From a virus, in IMG/VR virus record IMGVR_UViG_3300033418_000001, positions 1-64,000 of that record: a stretch of 64,000 bases of DNA; one strand, written 5' to 3'. A program made the position numbers and the translations under genes. Each line of letters starts with the position of its first letter. Position 1 is the first letter of the stretch. Under the pieces are notes generated by a model that made no database searches, was not told the DNA's origin, and saw only the letters and a program-made list of their open reading frames with translations. Below are positions 27,887 through 37,564 of this stretch, one piece after another.

Positions 27887-30800
27887 CAGACCCCCTGAAG
27901 GTTCTTGAGCGACGACACCAAGCGCCGCACCTGCGTGCGCTCGCCCATCAGGCTGATCTTCTGCCCGCCGAGGTTGAGGTTCACGTCCACGGTGTCACGC
28001 GAGCCGCCACCGCCGTCCCCGCCGCCCATGGGCGCCGTCACCAAGCCCCCGGTGGCGAAGCGCGGGATTGAGGGCAGGGCCATGCGATTGAGCATGTCCA
28101 TGAAGCGCACGCCGTAGTGCGACACTGCATCGGCGTTCATCACGAACTCATTGTTGGACAGCCGCGCCAAGATCGAGTCACTGGTCTTGGACCCCGGCCC
28201 CACCACCAAGCCGCCGGAGGCGAAGCCCTCGGGCCGCTGTGCCGACAGCTTGAGCGACACGGTGATGTTGCTCACCGCGTCCTGAATCTGTTGCACCACG
28301 GTGTCGAGCGAGCCGGTGTCGAGTTCCACCGACAGCTTCATCACCTGCTCCCCGGCGAACTTGGCCAGTTCCGCCGTGACCTCCTTCACCTTGGCGAGCG
28401 TGGCTTCGTACCCGGCCACGTCCTCGGCGAGCGACGCTTCCTTGAGCTTCTTCTGCTGCTGAAGGATGTCCTGCTGCTGCTTGTAGGCGTCGGTCAGTTG
28501 CCCCGCAAGCACGGCCTTCTGCTGCTCCGTGGCGTTGTCGGGCACGCCCAACCGGTCCACCAGTGCGATGCGCTCGTCGTTGAGCCGCTTGGCCAAGTCG
28601 AAGTTGCCCTGAAGGCGCGCAGCCTCCGCTTCCGCCGCCTTCTTCTGGATGGCCTCGGTGAGGATGGCCTGTTGCTGCTCCTCGGTCTTGCCCTTGAGGT
28701 TCAGGTTGAACAGCTTCTCTTCCAGAGTCTTCTTGCTCTGGAAGATCGCCTCGTCAATCGACTTGATTTCGTTGGCCGTGGCCACCGCGAGGCGCAGGAA
28801 GTCCGCCTGCACCTTGGCCAGTGCATCGAACTTGGTCTTGGCCGCAGTGATGCTCTTGGCCGCTGCCTCGCGCTCTGCCGTGAGGATGGCGTTCTGCGTG
28901 GCCCGCGTCTCGCCCACCAGATTGCTCGCCGCCGAGATGCGCGCCGCCCGGGTGGTGTTGATCTGCGCGATTTCGCTCTGGTACCGCTTGGCGACCGTGG
29001 CGATGGTGTCATTCAACGCCTGCCGCTCCGCTTCGCCCAACGCCTGCTGCGTCTGCGCCGTGACCTTCATCTTGCCGGTCAGGTCGCTGATGCTCGCGTT
29101 CTGCGTGTCCACAGCGATGCCGAGGCGCAGGAGTTCGCGTGCCAGTTCCGTGGTGGAGGCCCGCACGGTGTCCTGCACGCCATTGAGCGAGGTCAGGGTG
29201 GTCCCGGCCTGCTCCGAGCGCGACACGAACTCGGCCAGTGCCCGGGTGGCCTCTTCCACCCCGGCCTTGGTCTCCTTCAGTTCCAGTTGCTTGAGCTTGG
29301 GGGCGATGCGCCCGAGCGACAGCGACCCAGAGTTGCCGAGCAGTTCCAAGGCCGCACGCATCTCGTCGGTGGTCTTGGCCGCGTCGGCGATGCCCTCGGC
29401 CATCAGGTCGAGTTGGCCTTGCGTGATCGCGGCACTGCCATCGAGGTTCTTCAGTTCGTCCTTGTAGGCTTCGACCGACGCCTTGAAGGCACCCACCTTC
29501 TCATCGAACCCGGCGCTGATGTCGAGACCCTTGCGCGCGGACTCGCCGAAGACGCCCATCTTGATCAACTTCTCGTTTACGTCATCGAGTTCCTTCTTCA
29601 CCTTCTGATACGCAGCCGCCTCCGCTGCCCGCGCGTCGGCCTGATCCTTCACTTCCTTGACGGCAGCGTTGCTGAGGTTGGCCGACTTCGCCAACTCCTC
29701 GTTCTTCTCCGTGACGCTCTTGACCGTCTCCTTGATGGCCTTCAGTTCCTCTTCCGCCTGCTGCACGGACTTGTCGCCGCGCCCGAGCTTCGCATCCTCC
29801 AAGGCTTGCTGCGCGACCTTCTGCTTCTCGGCCAACTCGATCAGGATGCGGAAGTTGTTCTCCAACTCCTCCAACGCGCCCTGCGGCTTCTTGTCGGCGA
29901 AGATGTTCCACAGCGCCACCACGGCGGTGCCGAGCAGCGCGATGCCGCCGAGGACCACGCCGAAGGGGTTGGTGGCGAAGAGCAGCGTGAGGCCGCGCCA
30001 TGCGAGCGCGAGGAATTGGATGCCGCGCAGCGCGAAGGACAAGCCCCCGGCCAACAGCGTGAGACTGGTGGTGAGGATGGCGTTGGCGCGCACCACCACG
30101 TAGATGGTCGCCGCCAGTTCCGCCAGAGCGATGCCGTTCTTGATCACGAACAACAGCATCTCGCGCAGCGCCGAGACCACGGGGCGGATCGAGTCGGCCA
30201 GAGTGCGACTGGCCCCCGAGGCAGTGTTCCACCCATCGGCCACCAAGGTGACCTGCTTCAGGAACAGCGTGAACTCCTGCACGATGGCCAAGTACGCAGG
30301 CAACAGGATTTCGCCTGCCGAGTCCGCCGCTTCCTTCTGGTAGCGCGCGAGCGAACTCAGTTGCTTGCCCACGTTGGTCATCGAGGCTTCGTACAGCCCT
30401 TGCAACTTCACCGACTGCGACAGCACCTCATCGAGGACGATCTGCTGCTTGGTGGAGCGCGAGATGGAGGCCGCTGCCACGCCATTGGCCGCAGCGTAGC
30501 GTTGCGTGGCCTGCTCCACGTCCACGATGATGCCCATCCACCGCAGGCTCACCGTGTTCATCTGCTGCACACTGGTGATCAAGCGCGCGAAGGTCTCCGA
30601 AGAGTCGCGCCCTGAGATGACCGCCAAATCCTGCGCCGCCCGGGCCAGTGTCACCGCCTTGGTGATGTCGAGGCCCGATTGGATGAACTGCGACAGCGAT
30701 TGGCGCGAGGACTCGGCGGTGATGCCCAACGCCTGCACGCCCTTGTCCACCTTGTCGATGGCTTCCGCCGTGATCCCGGCGTTCTGCGCCACCTGCGTCA

Positions 30801-31149
30801 GCACGGTGCCCAACACCTCGGTGCGTGCTGCGCCATCCGCGAGGCTCTTGACGAAGGAGACCGTGAAGAAGCCCGCGAAGATGCCTGTCACCTTGCGGAC
30901 GACCCCGTACAACGCCTCCATGTCGATGGCAGTGGACTTCGATGCCGTCGAGAAGCCCTTCAGTTGGTTGGTGGCGCCACTGACGCTGTTGCCGAGCTTG
31001 GTGAACTCGTCGCCCGCGCCCTTGACGTTCGCGCCGTCCAAACCCTTCAGCGAGGTCTCGATGCCCTTGAGTTGCTGTTGGATGACCGCGAACGCCGCTG
31101 TCGTCTCATCGCGGGCGCGGATGACGATATTGAGGATCGAATCAGCCAT
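27886..31149 (-). CDS. Tail tape measure protein
   Basis: 1087-aa Ala/Leu/Glu-rich helical protein with a hydrophobic mid-section and C-terminal FASGGLV.GPG..TSDSI.ARLSN.EFV; follows the tail chaperone. Confidence 0.9.
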   Translation of the reverse strand: MADSILNIVIRARDETTAAFAVIQQQLKGIETSLKGLDGANVKGAGDEFTKLGNSVSGATNQLKGFSTASKSTAIDMEALYGVVRKVTGIFAGFFTVSFVKSLADGAARTEVLGTVLTQVAQNAGITAEAIDKVDKGVQALGITAESSRQSLSQFIQSGLDITKAVTLARAAQDLAVISGRDSSETFARLITSVQQMNTVSLRWMGIIVDVEQATQRYAAANGVAAASISRSTKQQIVLDEVLSQSVKLQGLYEASMTNVGKQLSSLARYQKEAADSAGEILLPAYLAIVQEFTLFLKQVTLVADGWNTASGASRTLADSIRPVVSALREMLLFVIKNGIALAELAATIYVVVRANAILTTSLTLLAGGLSFALRGIQFLALAWRGLTLLFATNPFGVVLGGIALLGTAVVALWNIFADKKPQGALEELENNFRILIELAEKQKVAQQALEDAKLGRGDKSVQQAEEELKAIKETVKSVTEKNEELAKSANLSNAAVKEVKDQADARAAEAAAYQKVKKELDDVNEKLIKMGVFGESARKGLDISAGFDEKVGAFKASVEAYKDELKNLDGSAAITQGQLDLMAEGIADAAKTTDEMRAALELLGNSGSLSLGRIAPKLKQLELKETKAGVEEATRALAEFVSRSEQAGTTLTSLNGVQDTVRASTTELARELLRLGIAVDTQNASISDLTGKMKVTAQTQQALGEAERQALNDTIATVAKRYQSEIAQINTTRAARISAASNLVGETRATQNAILTAEREAAAKSITAAKTKFDALAKVQADFLRLAVATANEIKSIDEAIFQSKKTLEEKLFNLNLKGKTEEQQQAILTEAIQKKAAEAEAARLQGNFDLAKRLNDERIALVDRLGVPDNATEQQKAVLAGQLTDAYKQQQDILQQQKKLKEASLAEDVAGYEATLAKVKEVTAELAKFAGEQVMKLSVELDTGSLDTVVQQIQDAVSNITVSLKLSAQRPEGFASGGLVVGPGSKTSDSILARLSNNEFVMNADAVSHYGVRFMDMLNRMALPSIPRFATGGLVTAPMGGGDGGGGSRDTVDVNLNLGGQKISLMGERTQVRRLVSSLKNLQGV

Positions 31150-31776
31150 CTTCGTTTAGCTCGTCAAGGAATTTCGCGTACTGCTTCTTGTCGGCGTGAT
31201 AGGCGATCCTCATTGCACTCGCCTCTGCTGCCAGTTCCATCTTCCTTCGGTCTGTTGCCAACTCGGAGAACAGCACCATCTGCTTGAACGTCATCCCCAT
31301 CAGTGTCTCAAGGCGGTGGCCGCTGTGCAGCAACGACTCCACCAGTATGGGAAGGTAGTTCTCAAGCGTCAGGGGTTGCCCGTCCCTTGTGACATTCCTG
31401 CCCGAACCCCTGCTAGACCGACTGACACCCGTTGCAGAGATTCGGATAACTTTTTTACCGAAGGAACACTCAGTTCCCATACTGCCGTAACCGCTTCCAC
31501 CTGTGTGCCCACGGGCAGCAGCTTGATGTCCTCCTCCTGCCCCACAGCGTCCGCCGCCATGCCGATGACCTCGGCCACCATGTCCGGTGCCTGCGCGACC
31601 AACAGCGTGAAGTTCAGGGTCTCGCCGCTGAAGAACGTGGCGAGCGACGACTTGTACTTCTCCTTCGTGAGCAGCGCGATGGTCTCGTCCAAGCGCAAGC
31701 CACGAATGGCGAGTTGCGTGCCTCCCACGTCCACGATGCGGGGCGGCGGCAACAGGTCTTTGATGATCACTGCCAT
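31142..31776 (-). CDS. Tail assembly chaperone, long (G-T) form via -1 frameshift
   Basis: Slippery A-AAA-AAG at 31456-31450 (S-V-K-K) leads into the open -1 frame ending ...AKFLDELNEDG at 31142. Confidence 0.8.
31369..31776 (-). CDS. Tail assembly chaperone, short (G) form
   Basis: Between major tail protein and tape measure; AAAGGAG RBS. Confidence 0.8.
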   Translation of the reverse strand: MAVIIKDLLPPPRIVDVGGTQLAIRGLRLDETIALLTKEKYKSSLATFFSGETLNFTLLVAQAPDMVAEVIGMAADAVGQEEDIKLLPVGTQVEAVTAVWELSVPSVKKLSESLQRVSVGLAGVRAGMSQGTGNP

Positions 31777-31799
31777 GTGTCACTCCTTTGGGACTGCTG

Positions 31800-31830
31800 A
31801 AACGAAGAGGGCGACCATCCTTGGTCGCCC
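31800..31830 (-). terminator. Intrinsic terminator after the major tail gene
   Basis: Minus strand GGGCGACC-AAGGAT-GGTCGCCC followed by TCTTCGTTT. Confidence 0.65.
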
Positions 31831-31858
31831 CCATCTTAGCGCACCTGACGCGCAGGCG

Positions 31859-32923
31859 TTACCGCAGTTGCGTGACCTTGAAGAACTTCGAACCGGTCGG
31901 TTGCAGCGGGTCCGACAGCACGTTGCCGTCCAGAACGAACGGGCCGATGCCTTCGCCGATGAGCGCCAGTTCCTTCAGCGGGTCCACGATGAAGCGGAAC
32001 ACCTCCACGATCACCGGGTTGCCGCCGTCCGCCGTGTTCAGACCTTCGAAGCGCATGTACTTCTCCGCAGCGAGTGCCGTCATGGCATCGACGCGGTTCT
32101 GCGCGCTGTAGTTGTACACGAAGTCGAGAACGTCGCCGTCCACGCACAGCACCGGGGTGCCGATGGTGATGGTCTTGCCCGCCGTGTTGGTGGCGAGGGT
32201 GACCGTCTTGGCCGTGGCGTCGATGGCGGTGACCCGGTGGGCCTTGCTGTTGAGCAGCGCCGCATCCGCACCCGCGAGACCGGTGATCGAGATGTAGCCG
32301 CCGACACCGACAGCGAGGACCGACGCCGGGGGCGTGGCAAGCCACGTCAGGACCGTCGTGGCGCCCACCGTGACGCTTGTCGGCGCCGTGATGGTGTTGC
32401 CCGTGGTCAGGGACGCGAGGGCGGTGACGCTGCCATCGTTGATCATCACCGAGCCTGCCGCCTCGTTCACCTTGTAGTCGTAGGGCGTGCTGTCGTTGGT
32501 GTACGCGGTGAGCGTTTGCGGCGTGCCGCCGTTGCGCTTGACCACCAACGAGGACACGTTGATGTTCTTCAGCGGCGTGACCTTGCCATGGTAGAGCTTG
32601 GCCGTTTCGTTGCCGGTGGTGACGTTGCCTGCGGCGACCTCGGTGACGCCACCCGTGAGGGCGTTGGCGAGACCGGTGGACGAGAAGTTCTCGATGGTCA
32701 TCTGCAACGAGGACTTCAGTTCCGTGATCAGGCGCAGGTCGGTCGCGCGGTTGCCGGTTTGGGACTCCTTGTGTTCCAGAGTCGTCGCCGCGAGGCCGAG
32801 CTTCAGCGCCGAGACGTTGCCCACGGGAATCAGACCCGCAGGCTTGCCCGAGGAATCCCGGGCGCCGATCAGAACGACACCCTGCCCCGAGAAGTAGAAG
32901 TTGTTGCCGTCAAAGGTGGACAT
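31859..32923 (-). CDS. Major tail (tube) protein
   Basis: YFSGQG.V.IG.RD..G.P.G...VGNVS.L...EHKESQTG...FEGLNTA signature; precedes chaperone and tape measure. Confidence 0.85.
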   Translation of the reverse strand: MSTFDGNNFYFSGQGVVLIGARDSSGKPAGLIPVGNVSALKLGLAATTLEHKESQTGNRATDLRLITELKSSLQMTIENFSSTGLANALTGGVTEVAAGNVTTGNETAKLYHGKVTPLKNINVSSLVVKRNGGTPQTLTAYTNDSTPYDYKVNEAAGSVMINDGSVTALASLTTGNTITAPTSVTVGATTVLTWLATPPASVLAVGVGGYISITGLAGADAALLNSKAHRVTAIDATAKTVTLATNTAGKTITIGTPVLCVDGDVLDFVYNYSAQNRVDAMTALAAEKYMRFEGLNTADGGNPVIVEVFRFIVDPLKELALIGEGIGPFVLDGNVLSDPLQPTGSKFFKVTQLR

Positions 32924-32954
32924 GAAAGCTCCTGTGCTTGGGTGGGGTCAGGGA

Positions 32955-33929
32955 TTACTGCTTGTTGAGCCAGTGCACGACGAGGGACTTCGACGCGAGG
33001 TTGGTCACCGACTTGATGCCGCCGGTCGCCGTGCCGCCCGCGAGCGTGGCACCCGAGACCGCCACGTTGGTCGAGGCTTCCACCAACGGGTAGATGTTGC
33101 CCTGCGCCGCGTCGAGCGGGTAGATGTGGCACACGTTGGTGATGGCCACGGCCCGCACCCCGAGGTTGCCGCGCTCGCGCTGCGCCTTGTTGATCGCGTT
33201 GGCCATGTACTGCGCCATCAGATCGTTGGTGCCGCCCACCGCCACGTCCGTGACGACGTTGACATCCGGCGTGGTCTTGACCGTGAACACGGTGCCGTTG
33301 ACGGTCAGCGTGTTGGTGTTGACCACCGAGACGGCGGTCGCCGACACGTCGGCGGTGTTGTTGTTCGTGACCGCCATGTTCGCGGAGTTGGTGACCGCCG
33401 GGGCGTTGCCCGCGCCGTCCATCACCGCCGTGATCGTGACCACGCCCGCATTCGCGGAAGCGACGACGAGCGGCGTGTTCTGGTACGAGCCGGTGTAGCG
33501 GTTCTCGTAGGCGTTGATCGCCGTGGCGAGCGCGAGGGCCATGGCGGTGTTGTCGCCCGCCGTGATCTTGACGTGGGTGAGGTCGGTCAGGTTGCCCGCC
33601 GCCTTCCACGTGTAGACCACGCCACCCACCGTCACGGTTTCGTCCGCGACCGGGTTGCCCGAGATGGTGATCGTGCCCGACGCCTTGGTGGACTGGATCG
33701 TGCAGTTGGCCACGTCGTTCGCCCACGCGCCGCCCGCATCCGTACCGACGATGACGGCGAGCAGCGTGTCTTCCGCCCGCATCGCCGCGATGTCCATCTT
33801 GGTACCCGCCGCCGCGCCTGCGACGTAGGAGATGGTGTAGCCCGAGAGTTCGCGGACGATCTTGGGGAGTTGGTCAACGGCGCCCGAACCACCCTTCATC
33901 AGTTGGGACGAAACGACTTCCTTGGTCAT
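32955..33929 (-). CDS. Virion structural or decoration protein
   Basis: Ala/Thr/Val-rich with a duplicated GT.T...TV.G..(Y/F)T.K module; GGAG RBS; structural operon. Confidence 0.5.
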   Translation of the reverse strand: MTKEVVSSQLMKGGSGAVDQLPKIVRELSGYTISYVAGAAAGTKMDIAAMRAEDTLLAVIVGTDAGGAWANDVANCTIQSTKASGTITISGNPVADETVTVGGVVYTWKAAGNLTDLTHVKITAGDNTAMALALATAINAYENRYTGSYQNTPLVVASANAGVVTITAVMDGAGNAPAVTNSANMAVTNNNTADVSATAVSVVNTNTLTVNGTVFTVKTTPDVNVVTDVAVGGTNDLMAQYMANAINKAQRERGNLGVRAVAITNVCHIYPLDAAQGNIYPLVEASTNVAVSGATLAGGTATGGIKSVTNLASKSLVVHWLNKQ

Positions 33930-34032
33930 GGTGAAACTCCTGTGTGTTGGTCAGGTGGTCGGGTCAGGGGACCGCACGTGCACTGTCGCACACGGGGGTG
34001 CCACCTAACAAAAACTTCCGAACGTCTTAGCG

Positions 34033-34046
34033 TGCAGATGTCTGCA
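34033..34046. repeat. Dispersed palindrome copy 7 (TG type), intergenic
   Basis: Exact match. Confidence 0.9.
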
Positions 34047-34052
34047 AACGCT

Positions 34053-34388
34053 TCAGGCTTGCACCCACTTGCCTTCGCGGATGAAGCCATGGTCCCCCGT
34101 CTCGCGGCACAGGATCGACGGGGAGAGCGTCAACGGCTCCCACGACTCCACCTGCCACCGTGCCCCGGCGAGTGCCCCCGGGATGGCCCGGGTCTCGGGC
34201 AGATCGAACCACATGGCCCCGATGGTGCGCCACTCGCCGTCGATCTGCTTCCACAGGGTAGCCCCCGCGCGCAGCACATCAGGAACTCCGGCATAGCGTT
34301 CCGCGTTCGAAGGGATGTCGCGGTCGGGCGACCATTGGAACCACCGCAGTTGGTAGCCGCTGCCCAGATCGAGGTCGAAGGTGTCCAT
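34053..34388 (-). CDS. Small protein with DUF6527-like C-terminus
   Basis: PLTLSPSILC...DHGFIREGKW; likely start MDTFDLDLG at 34388. Confidence 0.55.
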   Translation of the reverse strand: MDTFDLDLGSGYQLRWFQWSPDRDIPSNAERYAGVPDVLRAGATLWKQIDGEWRTIGAMWFDLPETRAIPGALAGARWQVESWEPLTLSPSILCRETGDHGFIREGKWVQA

Positions 34389-34390
34389 GC

Positions 34391-34819
34391 TCAAGACGTG
34401 AGGATGATGGCCGTGGCCCACTGCTGCCGGTAGACGACAGCGTTGCCGATGGTCCCGGCGGGGCGCTCGCTGACGAAGCGCCACTTGTGGAACGAGGGGG
34501 AGGTCTGCAACCTGATCTGCTTGCGCGTCTCATCGAGGAGACGGGCCGCTTCGTTCTTTTGGTCGAGTCCACCAATGGCGTCGTTGGCGATGATGACCAA
34601 CACCGTGCAGGTCAGGTCCGCAGCCATGCCCTGACGCGAAGGGTCGAGCGAGTTGGCCGCGATACCACCGTAGACCACGCCCGCCATCGGGAACTTGGCA
34701 CCTTTCAGGGCAGCAATTAAGTCCTGCTCCGAGAGAACGCTGACGGTTTTCTCCGCGAACTCGGTTACTCGCATCACGCGAGTCATCAGGTCTTCCCAAC
34801 AGGCCACGGCGGTCGTCAT
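34391..34819 (-). CDS. Tail terminator/completion protein
   Basis: Size, position and P.AGVVYGG...VLVII...A..LLD..R pattern. Confidence 0.6.
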   Translation of the reverse strand: MTTAVACWEDLMTRVMRVTEFAEKTVSVLSEQDLIAALKGAKFPMAGVVYGGIAANSLDPSRQGMAADLTCTVLVIIANDAIGGLDQKNEAARLLDETRKQIRLQTSPSFHKWRFVSERPAGTIGNAVVYRQQWATAIILTS

Positions 34820-34954
34820 AGTTGTCGATGCTCCTCAGACTGTTGACGATGGTAGGCCATGTCGTCGTACTGTGGTAGGCGTCACGGTTGCCGTACTCGT
34901 TCCACGTCCCCGAGGTGTCAGTCCACCCATGCAGGTGGAAGGTCGCCATGCCCA

Positions 34955-35410
34955 TCAGGCCAACCCCAGTGCCTCAGCCACGCGCTGCATCACGCGGGCT
35001 TCGAACAGTTCGATGTCGCTCTCCACCACGCCCAAGAACTCGCGCACCGGCAGGAACTTGGTGCCGTACTGGTGGAACTTGCCGTACTCCACGCCCTTCT
35101 CGTTCTCAGCCCCGGCCCTGATGGTGCGCTCGCCCGCCGGGTTGTCGTCGGTGAGTTGGATCGAGCGCCACAGCGTGCCGGTGTCGAAGAGGGTGCCCGT
35201 ACCGCCACCGCGTCGCCGCTTGATCGCTGCCTCGGAGGGAGGCCAGTGCTTGCCCTCGGGGTTCTTCTCCTCAAGGTAGCGCGCCCGGGTGTTGTTGAGG
35301 ATGATGCTCGCCGCCATGTCCAACACTTCTTCCACATCGAGAGCTTGATGCACGGTGTCCAACACCTGTTGGAGTTGGCCCGCGTCAATCTCGATGACAA
35401 GCGAAGTCAT
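34955..35410 (-). CDS. Virion morphogenesis (Mu gpG-like) tail completion protein
   Basis: P.G..W.P...LFDTGTL.RSI...YGKFHQYGT...PVREFLG. Confidence 0.85.
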   Translation of the reverse strand: MTSLVIEIDAGQLQQVLDTVHQALDVEEVLDMAASIILNNTRARYLEEKNPEGKHWPPSEAAIKRRRGGGTGTLFDTGTLWRSIQLTDDNPAGERTIRAGAENEKGVEYGKFHQYGTKFLPVREFLGVVESDIELFEARVMQRVAEALGLA

Positions 35411-36027
35411 GCGGCGTAGGGGGCGTAGCTGAAGGGCTGATTGCGAAGGTAGGGTTCCACGATCTTGGCGGTGACGTGCCACGCCATCTTCTGCGCTTCA
35501 TTGGCCGCGTTCATCACCGCCGAGTCCTGCGCGCCCGAGGGCTGCATCATCAGGTGCGGCAGGTAGGACAGCACGGCTTCCTGCAACCAGATCGGCGCCT
35601 TGTGCGTGCTGTCGAAGCCTGCGGTGTAGCCGACGTTGAGCCATGCCCCGAGGTGCGTCGATTCGATGTGCACGATGCCGCGCGTGGTGTCCACGAAGTA
35701 GTCGTCCGCCGACACCACCTCCGGCTCCGTTTGCAGCAGCGACCGGGAGATGGCGTTCTTGGTGACCACCAAGGGCACGTCGAGATGCACGAAGGCTTGG
35801 TTCAGGCGCAGCTTGAGCAGGCCATCCATGGGCTTCGGGAACAGCCCCTCCTGCGTGTAGAACAGGTCGGTGCGTGGCGTGGGTTCGAAGACCGTGTGCA
35901 GCATCCCCTGCAACACCACGTGCGCCGCGTTCAGCACCGAATCTACGGAGGCACGGACCTCAGCGATGTCTTGCAACGCCATGCGGGTAATCACGGCGTC
36001 GGTGTCGATGATCAGCTTGAGAGCCAT
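35407..36027 (-). CDS. Head-tail connector/adaptor
   Basis: V.YTAGF...P..LQEAV motif; position after the capsid gene. Confidence 0.7.
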   Translation of the reverse strand: MALKLIIDTDAVITRMALQDIAEVRASVDSVLNAAHVVLQGMLHTVFEPTPRTDLFYTQEGLFPKPMDGLLKLRLNQAFVHLDVPLVVTKNAISRSLLQTEPEVVSADDYFVDTTRGIVHIESTHLGAWLNVGYTAGFDSTHKAPIWLQEAVLSYLPHLMMQPSGAQDSAVMNAANEAQKMAWHVTAKIVEPYLRNQPFSYAPYAA

Positions 36028-36042
36028 GCCCCCTCCTCAGTG

Positions 36043-36056
36043 TGCAGATGTCTGCA
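36043..36056. repeat. Dispersed palindrome copy 8 (TG type), intergenic
   Basis: Exact match. Confidence 0.9.
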
Positions 36057-36059
36057 CGT

Positions 36060-36485
36060 TCAGACCGTCACGCCCACGTCGTCGCCCTTGGCATCCTTGA
36101 GCCGCATGGCCCCGGTGTCGAGTTCGTCATCGTCGTTGGGATCGAGAGCGTCGTGCTGCTCTGCCGGGACACCACCACGGTCCTGCGTCGTCTTGGCGGT
36201 GTTGTCGGGCTTCTCGTCGGTGACCTCGGCATCGGTCTGCTTGAAGAAGCGGCGTCCCCAGTCGTCCGCGTAGGACAGGAAGCGACCGAGTTGGTCGCGG
36301 GGGATGGCGTACACCTTGGGGTTGCCTTCGCTGTCGCGCGAGTAGAAGACCTCCCGCTCCGGCGTCACGTAGGTGCTGCACCCGTTGACGAGACGGATGC
36401 GAACGTCGGGAGTCGGTTCCGGCTTGGCGGCGGCTTCCACCGGCTCCACCGTCACCTTGGGCGCTGTCGATTTGGTCACTGCCAT
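36060..36485 (-). CDS. Hypothetical protein downstream of capsid
   Basis: GAGGAG RBS; coding strand. Confidence 0.55.
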   Translation of the reverse strand: MAVTKSTAPKVTVEPVEAAAKPEPTPDVRIRLVNGCSTYVTPEREVFYSRDSEGNPKVYAIPRDQLGRFLSYADDWGRRFFKQTDAEVTDEKPDNTAKTTQDRGGVPAEQHDALDPNDDDELDTGAMRLKDAKGDDVGVTV

Positions 36486-36516
36486 GTCGTGTTCTCCTCG
36501 TTTCCGGTCTGGGAAG

Positions 36517-36547
36517 AAAAAAAGCCCCCACCGCGAGGCAGGGGCTT
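36517..36547 (-). terminator. Intrinsic terminator after the major capsid gene
   Basis: Minus strand AAGCCCC-(loop)-GGGGCTT followed by a T tract. Confidence 0.8.
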
Positions 36548-36591
36548 CAGTTTCACACGGACCCAGACAGGGGTCAACTTCCGGCGGCGGC

Positions 36592-37527
36592 TTAACCGAT
36601 GTTGCTGTAGGTCACCACGGCATCGGTTTCCTCGATGGCGTTGGCGATCCGGCAGGTCAGCACGATGATGTAGACGCGCGAGCGGATGTCCTTGTCGAAC
36701 TCGATGGTGACCTTCCGTTGGATGCCGAAGATCAGGTTCATCGGGTCGCAGAACAGGCCGCGAGCGGCGGGCATCAGCGGCACGCCTTGGAGTTGCGAAC
36801 CCCATGCGTAGACCGGCCCGGTGCCTTGGAGCATCGAGTCGCCGAGCGCCGTCTGCCGGTTGGCATACGTGTCACGGTACTCGGTGTCGTTGTCCACCGA
36901 AACGAAGTGGGTCAGGCGACCACGGTTGCGGAGGTACTTGTCGGGCATCGCCTTCACGCCCGCCTTCAGCACGTCCTTGGAGATGGTCGCGCCACCCGCG
37001 TTGACGACGTGGGCCGTCGCCTGCTTCAGGTAGCCGTCCATCATGGCAAGGTACGCATCGCCGGAGGTGCTGTCGCCGAGCAGGAGCAGTTCTTCCAGAT
37101 CGAGCGCCGCACGTTCCGCGATGAGTTGCGTGATGGTCTCCATCAGGCCACCACCGGACTCGCCCATCGAGGCGTTGATGCTGCCGCGCTCGATGTTGTC
37201 TTCCATCACGTCGTAGGGAATCCAGACTTCCGCGATGGCTTCCTTGGTCGTCAGGGTGATCTGCGACAGGTCGGGCTTGCTGCGCTTGTTGGACGCGAGC
37301 GCCGTCGCCGAAGTGGCGGCGTTCATGATCCGCGAGCCGAAGCCGATCTTGTTGATCTTCCGCGTCGGCGCGTTCATCGTGACCACGCGGGCCGCGTTGA
37401 GGATCGTCGGGCTGTCGATCAGGGTACGGATGAAGGTGTCGGTCATCTCGGGGTTGAGAAGACCACCGTTGTTCGTCAGGTCGGACAGCGCGATGTCCGC
37501 CTTCTGAAGCAGTGCTTGATTGTCCAT
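36592..37527 (-). CDS. Major capsid protein (HK97 fold, XkdG-like)
   Basis: GGLLNPE..D.FI...L...RVVTM...IGFG.RI...EDNIE...DLEEL...GD...DGYLK...KAMPDKY; followed by a strong terminator. Confidence 0.9.
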   Translation of the reverse strand: MDNQALLQKADIALSDLTNNGGLLNPEMTDTFIRTLIDSPTILNAARVVTMNAPTRKINKIGFGSRIMNAATSATALASNKRSKPDLSQITLTTKEAIAEVWIPYDVMEDNIERGSINASMGESGGGLMETITQLIAERAALDLEELLLLGDSTSGDAYLAMMDGYLKQATAHVVNAGGATISKDVLKAGVKAMPDKYLRNRGRLTHFVSVDNDTEYRDTYANRQTALGDSMLQGTGPVYAWGSQLQGVPLMPAARGLFCDPMNLIFGIQRKVTIEFDKDIRSRVYIIVLTCRIANAIEETDAVVTYSNIG

Positions 37528-37564
37528 GGTGCTTTTGCTCCTGTCAGGGAAGTGGAGTGCGCTG

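Noticed and set aside
34530-34955. 141-aa minus-strand ORF
   Set aside because: Two-thirds overlaps the tail terminator gene in another frame; only the first ~45 codons are free, so it is unsupported.
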